This document shows, in pieces, positions 22,590 through 32,847 of a DNA stretch of 48,479 nucleotides (position 1 is its first letter; every line of letters starts with the position of its first letter). Under the pieces are notes generated by a model, which worked only from the letters and a program-made list of their open reading frames with translations, ran no database searches and was not told the origin of the DNA. The position numbers and the translations under genes were made by a program. The DNA is from Salisapilia sapeloensis CBS 127946 (Eukaryota; Protista; Oomycota). The stretch is taken from contig JAADVB010000142.1 in NCBI GenBank assembly GCA_023334545.1, forward strand, positions 1-48,479, read 5' to 3'.

Positions 22590-25332
22590 TCAACCCACAG
22601 GTCCCTTCCGACTCTTCTTGCCGAATGGAAGGAAACGCATGGATGACAGCATGCGCGACAGTGGCTGTTTGCCCTCCGACCGGACAACTCGCTTCACCAT
22701 CGCCGCTCGCACTTCTCCCATCGCGTCATGTGTATAGTCTAGCGACATCAATTGCTTTTCGATACTCTCCAGATTCTTCTCGCCAACGATACGCACGGCA
22801 TCGAGGTCTTGCAGGAGCTGGGACATCGGCAAGTTGGAAAAAATGTTTCGACTTTCCAACGTATACTTTGTATCGACATCTTCTTCCGGTTGTTTCGTCA
22901 AAGATGCAAATAACGAATCGATCGCGACGGCATTTCGTTCGATAAATGGATTTAAAATCTGGAAATGCGTCTCGCGTTCACTAAAGTGGACACACGTCGC
23001 CGTCTTGAAGAGAAGTTTCGTCACGAGGACAAGCACTTTTCTCGTCTCGCCTCCTGGAGGCTCCTCTGTTAGGTTGTACATGTGTGGTGTCGTGATCGCA
23101 GGACAGACGAACCGAAGGAAGAGGAAGCCTCCGACGACAGAACGCGTAAGTACGGCTGGATCTTCTGCTGGGATGCCTTCAACCGACCCATCGAACCGAC
23201 GTAATATCTCTTGTGTCAAGTGCGCACATATGTGGTTGTACGACGACGGGATCTCGCTTTGGTGTTCTAGGATACAGTCGAGAATTTTCTGACAAGCTGC
23301 CATTAATCTGTCGGCGTTCCGTTGCTTCCCTCGTTCATCCTTGACGGCCTCGCACTTGGCTGGATTCAACTCCAACTCATCTACTTTCAACGAAAACAAG
23401 TCTCGTATCGGATCTCCTAGTACTTCTTTAATGTAAGTCGAGCCGACAGCTTTGCTATACGTCGATACGAGTCGACTAGCATAGTCATCGGAACGGAAGA
23501 GCGTCGCAACATCCTTAATGCTCGACACTTCGACATCTATTGCCCATGTCATCAAGGCACTCAGTCGTTCTCGACTGGCAAAGATACGTAACAAAGGGAA
23601 CAAGAGGTTAGCTTTCTCCTCTCGATTTGCCGTCTGCAGTAACGACGCCACGACGGTCATGTCTTCTCCAGTCAAGAGCGCAGCCAAGTCATCCGTCGAC
23701 GATTCTTCCGTCTGCAGCACTTTACTCGACCCCTGTTTCCTCCGTCGATCCGACCGGCCTTCGATCTCTGACGTTGTTTTTCTATTCCCGAGTCTCGAAT
23801 TCGCCTGTACCTTAGTCCTGGCATCTCGTCGCTTCGACGATGCCCGTTTCCGCTGTTGTTTCGCCGCGTCTTCCACCATCTCGGAGCTAATGACATTCGG
23901 CGACCGTCGTTTCGGTCGAAGGTTCACGACAAAGTCCGGGTCGGTGTCATGGATGTCTGTCACGCCGTTCGCTTGTAAGAATGCACGATCGGACTCACCA
24001 AACTCGGACAGTCGTTCCGACGTATCGTTTTCTTTCGAAGGTTTACTGTTTTTCCGGATGATTTTATTCGAAACATCAAAGATATCATCATAAGAATCCG
24101 ACAACGAGTCCTCGGACATGATATCATACATTCGATCGACTCGAGTGATTGAATCGGCATGCAACGACGAGATCGAGTCTTCATTCGACGACTGGTCATC
24201 TGATAAAGGAGAGGACGGTGCATCCTTGTACGTGAACTTTAAATTACGCGCGATTTCAGCAAGTTCCATCGCTTGCTGCTGGAGATAGTCATTGTCCATT
24301 ATGTCAAAGCTCGAGCGCTTCCGGACTTTCTTTCGTCGCACGTCTTCCTTTTTCTCCTGGATCTCTTCCTTTATCTCTTGCACTTCTTCCTTTATCTCCT
24401 GCACTTCTTCCTTGGGCTCCTGGACTTCTTCCTTTACTTCTTCTTTTGGTTCCATCTCGTCATCACTCGTTCCAGTTGCAGTGGTATTGGTGCCTGCTAC
24501 ACTACGTGCCTCAGCTTCGGCCACCGCTGCTTCCACGGCGTCTTTCATTTCATTTTCTTTTGCTTGTAATTGCTCTCGCAACTGATTGATCTCGATCCGT
24601 TGGCGTTGAGATAAGTTCATGGCATCCTTGAGCATGGCGGAGACGTGATCGAGACCGGAGTTTTCACTTTCACTACGTGCTTTCCTCGTTTCTGGATGAC
24701 AGTCACTAGATGCAGCGCGTTCACGAGACTTCGTTTCGATCGGATCGATACTAGCGCGTTGGATAGTGTGCATCCACGATCGACGATTGTCTAACGAAGT
24801 GGATCGGAAGAGGAGGACACGACCGGCGGACGTCGTGACTTTCCAGCACGGACCACAGTTTTCTGTTATTGGCTCTGCATCTGCATCGTCTTGATTTTTA
24901 ATGATGCGATCTACGGCCGAGACACTGGCGCCCATGAGCGGAATGACACTTCGAGGCTGTGACTCGAGGTTATCGTAATAGAACAAGATGCGAGCGTAGA
25001 TGCCGACATAGCAATGAATCCAATTCGACTCAAATCGTTTGCCCTATGATCGTATGAAATGAGATAAAGTGTACTAGAGGAAGAAGAGATACATGTCGAG
25101 ACTTGTGTTGCATAATAGACCATACCTTTTTCTCTAGTGGCTCTACGCTTGTTTTCCGTTGGAGCTCAGTACCAGGTAGGAGCAATTCTGGGCATATGAT
25201 CTCGTACTCTCGTCGCTCATGTCGATTGCGAGGACCATGTACTGGTCGCGACGCTTGACCAGGGAATGGCGCGCTCATGTCTCCGTCGACATCCGCTCTG
25301 GTCACTGGCAAAACTTCCTGTCGAGTGTGCAT
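22590..25332 (-). CDS. PH-domain + RasGAP protein; start uncertain
   Basis: Intron 25125-25044 joins LEKK to GKRFESNWIHCYVGIYARILFYYD (PH domain). The C-terminal RasGAP has arginine finger TLFRSDDYAS and signature GGFLFLRFVCPAI. ATG at 25332 is the nearest in-frame start. Confidence 0.88.
24340..24445 (-). repeat. Coding 21-nt tandem repeat (K/Q-E-E-V/I-Q-E-x heptads) inside the RasGAP gene
   Basis: Plus strand repeats CTTCTTCCTTTATCTC(T/C)TGCA; the translation is EEVKEEVQEPKEEVQEIKEEVQEIKEEIQEK. Confidence 0.8.
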
Positions 25333-26060
25333 GCGACTGGGTATCTCGTCCAGCAACTTGCAACTGCAAACGTCGATGCAAGGTAGACGAGGTGTACGTC
25401 TATTGTAGCAATCGCACCGTCCGACCCCGGCGTGCGTTGTGCTCCGACTTTATGCCGGACGTGGAATTGTGCCGCTGTTTCGCGATTGGTCGATCGCGTC
25501 AAACCTACACTTGTCATTGGCTCATTCCAGTGCGTGTACATTTCCAGTCAGTGTACATTTACGAGACACCAAGTCCTCCTCTCCTCTCTACGGCTCGACA
25601 GCCAAGCACAAAGTCGTCTAGACGCCGTGTTGCGCTATCGTTCAACTCTCGTTGCGCAGCTTCGAGCTGACGCAGCACGCCCTTTCATACCTTTTACTTT
25701 CTTATTCTTTCTATGAAAGTATCTTGCGATTGGGTCATTGAAGTTAAGGCTCACTACCATATTCCATTCTACCTCGATCATACGCTACAAGCAAGCAAAC
25801 ACATCGATGCATATCCCATCAAGGTTCTCTAGACCGCAGGCTTGAGCCCACCAGCATACATACCGTGCCTAGCCAACTTCAAGATCTCCTCCAGATGTCC
25901 TCGTCCAATTCCAACCGTTTCACTCTATTTACCGTCCACTCTAATCTGAAACAAACGACTTTGAGTGGAGCACGGCCCCACATCCATTGAATACCGAAAG
26001 GATTAGAATCTTGCTATCGCCACTTGATCAATCCCTTCGAACGAAACTACTGAAAACATC

Positions 26061-27180
26061 ATGGTACGTGTCTCGATTCATGCATCCTCCATCCAATATC
26101 CTATTCATACGCCTCCCTTCGCTCTCTCATTTCATTCGATATTCGACTTGATCTCTCTTCCGTCACGTACTCACGTCCCATGTGCAGGCGAGCTCCATTG
26201 CCAACAAATTTGCCGCCCTTGACTCGGATGACGAGGACAACACGCCGCCGCCGGCACCGACGCAACAGTCCAAGAACCCCAAGAACACCAAGAAGTCGTA
26301 CCAGCCTTCGACTAACTACACGGAGTTGAATGGCCCCAAGCCGGGCAACAAGCGTGGTGACCGCGTTCGCAACAACGACGAGGGCAACCGTCGTCAGAAC
26401 GGAGCCGACTCTGCCCAAGGAGACAAGAGGTATACATCTCTTCTATAAATAGTCCACGACCATCTTCTCATCTGCAAACTAGCAACCGTCGTGGTCCTCG
26501 TACCGAGGGTGGCCGTGGTGGACGTGGCGGACGTGGCAACCGTTCCCGTGAATTCGACCGCCGCAGCGGCACTGGCCGTGGTAAGGAATCCAGCAAGGCT
26601 GGTGGCGGTGCCCGTAACTGGGGCGACGTGAACGACTCCCGCGAACTGTATGCTCTTTTTTATCATTAACCATCTACTAGTCCTAACGGATCGCTCTAGT
26701 GCTGCGGAAGCTGCTGCTCAGGAAGGCAAGACGCCTGTGCCGGAAGCCGAAGGTGTCGATGGCGCCGAAGTCGCTGTCGAGGCCGAGGAAGAGGAGGAAG
26801 AGAATCAGATGACGTACGAGGAGTACATGGCCAAGAAGCAGGCCGAGCGTTCTGGTGACCTCTTCTCGGAGAAGGAAGCTCGTCAAGCCGGCGACGACTT
26901 CTCGAACGCCAAGCAGCTCACCAAGGACGGCAAGACGCCGGACTTTGTCGAAGCTCAGTTCGAAAAGGTCTACAACAAGAAGACTTCTGGCCGTAAGAAG
27001 AACGTCTTCACGGACGTTGGTTTCCAGGCTCCGGCCCCGGAACGCTCCTACCGTGACGACAACCGTGGTCGTGGTGGACGTCGTGGCAACGGCCGTGGTG
27101 GCCGTGGTGGCCGTGGCCGAGGTCGCGACTCGAACGCCCCGAACGTTGGCGACATGCGCGCGTTCCCGACGCTCGGTTAA
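26061..27180 (+). CDS. SERBP1: HABP4/PAI-RBP1 (SERBP1/Stm1-like) RGG mRNA/ribosome-binding protein, 4 exons
   Basis: ATG then intron 26064-26187, giving ASSIANKFAALD. Introns 26430-26482 and 26648-26699 join the signature REFDRRSGTGRGKESSKAGGGARNWG, then QMTYEEYMAKK, RGG repeats and the AFPTLG end. Confidence 0.9.
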
Positions 27181-27310
27181 AGACGCTTCCGATCACCTGA
27201 AGGCAGGAACAAGTGCGAATAGGGAGGGACAGACAACTGCATTGGATGCAGTCGAAGCACCCTGAAGAGCAACGTTATGAAGAATGATTTGCCCTTCCAT
27301 TCAATTGTGT

Positions 27311-28629
27311 TTATACAGGTACTCTGACTGGATTTATCGACATGTCTTCGTGTCGACCGAGGTGAAAGGTTGTCGGTCGTAGTTCTTGCGACGTACTCTT
27401 GTACAGGCCTTGGCCGTGGGGCACACCATCCATCCACGTGCCAATGTACTGCGACTGGTCGAACGATGTCCACATACCAAACCCATTCGGTTGATCCTCC
27501 ACCCATTCGCCTTCATACACATCACCAATGTCGTTCGTAAAGACACCGAAGCCATGCCGACGGTCCATGTCGAATGCTCCAGTGAAACTACTCCCACAGA
27601 CAAAGTGTTGGACGACATCTCCATGGAGTTTCCCTTGTCGCCATTGTCCACTCGTTGTTCCTTTCTTGGTCTTAAAGACACCTTTTCCGTGTCGAATGTC
27701 TGCTTTCCAATGACCCTTGTGTACATCTCCATTGCTCCATTCGTATGCGCCATAACCATGACGCTTGCCTTTGACAAAAGCTCCAGTGTAGACATCACCC
27801 GAGTGGAAACGCTTCTGGGCGTGTCCATGCGCCTGGTTCTTTTTCCACTCGCCTTCGACTACATCTCCATTCGCCAATGCTTTCTTCCCATACCCTTCCA
27901 TTCGATTCTTTCTCCAAGAACCTACTATGCATGAGTATGTAGACGTCGCAATAGGAGTAGAAAAGAGTACCTTGGTAGCTATCTCCATTAGGCCAGAAGA
28001 AGGACCCTTCTCCATGCATCTATATGAGCCATTACTAGGCTGTGTTGATATGTTTTTCGAACGGAACTATACTTTTCCATGTCGCCAATTGCCAACGTAC
28101 TTGTCTCCATTGGCCCAGAGGTACGTTCCAAAGCCATGGCGTTGGTTGCCAACGTACATGCCTTCATGTCGATCTCCTGTATGGGCGAAAAGTCGGGTCG
28201 CAAAGCTGTTCGTTGTGAACGTCCAATACGATCATAAAGAGAGTGAGTCGTCTCTCACTCCTCTACGTATTGTATCCGCTTGATACATGAAATGAACAAA
28301 GCTCACCCGTGTAAGACGTTGTGTACCCACTCGCCATCGATGCGACTACCACTCGCGCCGACGTACACGCCTTCGCCATGCCGTTGACGAAGATCGTCGA
28401 CATGTCCATTGTATTCACTCCCATCTGCATACTTGATCTTAGCGACGGGGGCGGCATCGACGCTTGAGCTCTGCCGTTTCAATCGATAACTTCGAATCAC
28501 TTCCGACACGGGCGTGTCCCCTTTGGCAAACGAATATACATCATATTGGCTAGACTGCTTCGGAGCAGTGGAATCATTATTGTTGCTAGTAAAAGCGTGG
28601 AGGCTTCGTCGTCGACCTTTGATCCCCAT
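27311..28629 (-). CDS. MORN-repeat protein, 4 exons
   Basis: Repeated YxGxWxxGxxHGxG units. Introns 28306-28206, 28072-28020 and 27970-27922 keep the MORN frame continuous. Confidence 0.88.
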
Positions 28630-29251
28630 CGAAGCGACTCCTTAACTCGTGTGTGTCAAATCATTGTCGATCGGGTACAAACTTTATAGACAGTTGAGAT
28701 ACTGACGTGGTTCTTGCATCTCACACCATAATGCTGGTACGTTCCGTGAGATACAGAAGTCTTGATTGTGTAAAAGAAGAGCTTTATGAACGCGTAGAGG
28801 TGCATGATAGATGCTACTTGTAAATTTCCAAAGCAAAATGGAGGTATCTAAGTAGACATCCGCCTAGATTCCATAATCTACCATATCGTGCATTTACAGA
28901 GGTACTGAGCTCTATATTAGCACACGCCATTGAAGTCAGAGATCGAGAGAGGTCGTTCGCTCGTTTAATTACGTTTATCCTTTATAAGTATGATAAAAGT
29001 AGCCTTATTTGCATCATTTATTCGAAATCAACAACGCACCTGATCCTTGAACAAAAGTTTACTATGCCCAACTGTATATTCGTCAACAAGTCGAATACTA
29101 AAGAAGGCTTGCTTTGATATCACCGAGCTCGAGGATCAAGAGTCGTACATGGACACATCGACCGAACCTACGGCAATGTCATGTAGATTACGACAACGAA
29201 TATTTCTCCACGATGATCCGATCGGGTCATTAAAATTTTTCACGTGCAACC

Positions 29252-30307
29252 ATGAGAACATCACAGCTCTTTTCTCGAGGCATTTCTAAATTCCACACAT
29301 CGAGAAGAATGCCATTCCAAAAGCTCTCCGCAAACGAACCGTCCTCCGACTTTCGCAACGCCGTCCAAGTCGTACAAGCCGATGACTTGCCCAGTCCGCC
29401 AAAGAACCACATTAACGTCCAGAACAAGTACCTCGGCATCAATCCCACGACCGAACTCAACCTTGTCAAAGGTGTCTATGGTAACACCGAAGGTCCGTTC
29501 GATGTCGGCATGGAGGCCGTCGGGATCGTCAAGGAAGTTGGCGAAGGAGTCTCGGAGCTAAACGTCGGTGACGCTGTCATCTACCAGACTGTCGGTGCCT
29601 TTGCCGAGTACAAGACCGTCGAAGCATCGACTGCGATCAAGACACCCGAGGCTTCTCCAGCGCTACTCCCGATCACCGTCTGCGGCATCACGGCTTCCAT
29701 CGCGTTGGAGCAAAAGGGCGACCTCAAGTCCAACGAGACAGTCTTGGTCACCGCTGCGTCTGGTGCCACGGGTCAATTCGCCGTGCAACTCGCCAAGAAC
29801 GCTGGCAACCATGTCATCGGTACGTGCAGCTCAGATGCCAAATGTGAGTACCTCAAGTCCATCGGATGCGACCGGCCGGTCAACTACAACAAGGAAGATC
29901 TAGGCCAAGTGCTTAAGAAGGAGTACCCGAATGGTGTCAACCTCGTCTTTGAGAGTGTTGGAGGGAAGCTATTCGAGGATGCGATTGATAACTTTGCATG
30001 GGACGCACGCATGGTGACGATCGGCATGACGTCGACGTACGCTGAGCACGACAAGAGCAGTCTCATTACCTCTCCAGACTTGATCATGAAGACGATTGGC
30101 AAGAACGCTGACATTCGAGGTTTCACGCTCATGCACCATTCGGACATTATGCCGCGACACATTGCCAAGCTCATGCAGGACGCGACGGATGGAAAGCTCA
30201 AGCCAGGACTTGACCCGACGCAGTTTAAGGGCTTGGAATCTGTTGCTGATGCTGTCTTCTACACGTTCGAGAGAAAGAATATGGGTAAGGTAGTAGTAGA
30301 GCTGTAA
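29252..30307 (+). CDS. PTGR3: MDR-family NADP-dependent oxidoreductase (PTGR3/ZADH2-like), single exon
   Basis: PFDVGMEAVG, VLVTAASGATGQFAVQLAK (nucleotide-binding), LKKEYPNGVNLVFESVGG and KNMGKVVVEL. No Zn-ligand motif is evident. Confidence 0.88.
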   Translation: MRTSQLFSRGISKFHTSRRMPFQKLSANEPSSDFRNAVQVVQADDLPSPPKNHINVQNKYLGINPTTELNLVKGVYGNTEGPFDVGMEAVGIVKEVGEGVSELNVGDAVIYQTVGAFAEYKTVEASTAIKTPEASPALLPITVCGITASIALEQKGDLKSNETVLVTAASGATGQFAVQLAKNAGNHVIGTCSSDAKCEYLKSIGCDRPVNYNKEDLGQVLKKEYPNGVNLVFESVGGKLFEDAIDNFAWDARMVTIGMTSTYAEHDKSSLITSPDLIMKTIGKNADIRGFTLMHHSDIMPRHIAKLMQDATDGKLKPGLDPTQFKGLESVADAVFYTFERKNMGKVVVEL

Positions 30308-30493
30308 TCAGCTACGAATGAATATAACCACATTTAAGCATTGCATCTCTTCTCGTCTTGCTGGAAGAGTGAGCTGCTAGGGAACTGAATTTTGGAAAAC
30401 GCATGTAGCTGCGATCAATCTGCATTCTTGCGAGCTTAAAACCGTCGCCTGACATCATCCGGCCGAGTGAAAAAGAATAAGGAAGAGTATCGA

Positions 30494-31165
30494 TTACTGA
30501 GGAGGCTGTGGCGCATCCGTCTTGGGTTTAGTAGACCAGTACTCTTCCATTTGCCGGTCCAACTGGATTTGCTTCGGATCTGGACCTTTCCCAGCTGCAT
30601 GCCAGTATGCATCCATTTCCGTATCCAGCTCTTCTCCGTTCAGCGGTTTCTCTTTCTTCGTATCCTTCTTCTTGCCATTCTTGGCTTTCACAGGCGCTTT
30701 CTTCGCTTCTTTCTTCGCAGGAACTTGTAGTCCCTTTCGATTCTTCTGCACGACTTGTTGGCGGTTGGCTTTGGAGACACGAATAGCTGCCGATACCTTT
30801 TGCTGTCGCTTTTGCAGCAGTTTTTTCTGCGCTAGACGAATCTTTTGCTCCGCCAAGGCTGCTGCCGTCCTCTTGGGCTTTAACGTCACCGAAACAGTTC
30901 CTTTTGACTTCGCTTTGTTTCCAGGTTTCTTAAGCGCAGCTGGAGTCTTCTTCAGGTTGGAAAAACGGTTCGATAACGTCGTAGTGGAGACGCCAACAAC
31001 AGGCCGACTCTTCCCTTTTTTACTCGATGCAGCGACTTGAGCTGGTGAGGGTTGCTGACGAAGGACTCGACGGCTCTGTGACTTGATAGACACCCGTTCT
31101 CGACCTTGTTGATGTGCACTACCCCCACGTGCGCTCCGTCCGCCTCGAGAAGTTCCACGCGGCAT
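30494..31165 (-). CDS. Basic RNA-binding protein with C-terminal FoP-duplication (CHTOP/ALYREF-type UAP56-binding) motif
   Basis: RGG at the N-terminus, Lys/Arg-rich body, and duplicated ELDTEMDAYW / QLDRQMEEYW. Confidence 0.8.
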   Translation of the reverse strand: MPRGTSRGGRSARGGSAHQQGRERVSIKSQSRRVLRQQPSPAQVAASSKKGKSRPVVGVSTTTLSNRFSNLKKTPAALKKPGNKAKSKGTVSVTLKPKRTAAALAEQKIRLAQKKLLQKRQQKVSAAIRVSKANRQQVVQKNRKGLQVPAKKEAKKAPVKAKNGKKKDTKKEKPLNGEELDTEMDAYWHAAGKGPDPKQIQLDRQMEEYWSTKPKTDAPQPPQ

Positions 31166-31211
31166 ATTGCGATCTATAGAAGTTTTCCGATACTGCGTTT
31201 CGGTCGGACTG

Positions 31212-32809
31212 ATGGGTACATCACATGGTACGAAGGTGGTACTCGTGACACGAAAGCGTGGACAAACAATGAGACCGGACGTACTGGAGCTACTGTCTGC
31301 TCTGAATGAGTTTGAGAGTGCTGCAAGAGCTTTGGAAACGCTTTTTCCAACTCAAGATGTAGATTCAATAGCTGTGAATGGAGAAAGCGCTGTGGAGAAA
31401 GTGAGTGGTGATTGTGAAGACGTATCGTGGGAGATGCTGACGCAGGTATTGCGATATCAAAACGTTCGGGACGATTGTGTGGATGTAGCAGAGATGGTGG
31501 CCGACTTGCAGCATGGCCAAGACGAACAGGAAAAAATCGAAGAGGTAGATGTATCCAACTGTCTGCTAACAGTGATGGGCAAACCGGCTTTGCTATTCGC
31601 GACGTCATTGTACGATGACGAACTTGCGCTACAGATATGGAGAGGTATGGTCCGATACAAGCAGAGCAAAAGAGGTCAAAACTTTGATCTCCTACGACAA
31701 GTGCTGGACAACACGAAGGATAGTCATAACCTGTGTAGCTTGCACTACGCCATCGAAGCTCAGATGGACGACTTTATCTCTCAGGTCGTCACACACTTTT
31801 CAATTATCGAATATACACAAGGGGAAAAGAATGCACTAGGAGTTCTATTACCTGAGATCGTTGCCCAGGATGTCGTGTTTCCCGTAGGAAAGAATCAGAT
31901 TCAGGGAAAACACATCGCTACTGGAGGAGCGACTGTACTCCACTACGCTGCACAACGTGGAGACCTCCTGTCCATCAAGAAATTCGTCGAACCGCCAATC
32001 AGTATGCGGACACACCATAAAGATTTGGATGGAAATACCGCCTTACAAAGAGCTATGCTCCATCAGCAGCCACAAGTCATCGACTACCTTAACGTATGGC
32101 TCGTATTATATTTCTTTGTTATACATTTACTTATCTTATGACGTAGCAATATGCTCATCAGACTGCGAAAGAAATCCCTGACCCAGAGGACGTAACTACC
32201 AAGAAGCTACAGCGTGATGAAATCGCAAAAGCGAGGTACATTTCCAGTCTCGAGCCAGCTCCGAGTATGCTACAGCCCTCTGTTTTTACTCAAATTTGGA
32301 GCTCGGAGGAATGTGCTGCAGTGCTAAAGACGCTAGATACAATTGTATCTAGACGTGGATGGTGCTCCCAACGCCATGCTGCGTATCAGACAACCGATCT
32401 GCCGTCGTATCACGTCATTCCAATCGACCCGTGGGTGCGTCATTCGATCCAGTCTCGTCTCTTCCCTCTTGTACATGCTCAGTATGCTCTACCTCCAACA
32501 CAAGAGCTACAATTTCGAGAGCTCTTTTACGTCAAGTACGAAGTGAAAGGTTGTGAGCAATCCGAGTTGGCACTTCATTGCGATGGATCTGTCCTATCTT
32601 TCAACATCCTTCTTAATGATGCAAATGACTTTAAAGGTGGTGGTACCTACTTTGAAAGTCTGAACAAGACGATTACAATTGAGAAAGGAGATGCGGCAGT
32701 GCATAGTGGTAAAGTGAGACACGCTGGAGCTCCTCTAATTCATGGCAGGCGCTTCATTCTTGTCGGGTTTTTAAATCTGGTAGAGAAATCGCCTTGGGGT
32801 CCATGCTAA
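31212..32809 (+). CDS. Ankyrin-repeat + 2OG-Fe(II) dioxygenase (PLOD/prolyl-hydroxylase-like), 2 exons
   Basis: Ankyrin repeats (TVLHYAAQRGD, GNTALQRA). Intron 32094-32146 leads in frame to LHCDGSVLSFNILLN..GGGTYF..HSGKVRHAG..RFILVGF (HxD..H..R). The start could instead be ATG 31269. Confidence 0.88.
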
Positions 32810-32847
32810 TTCTGCAGATTGTACTTGCGCTTTATTGTTCGTATAGA

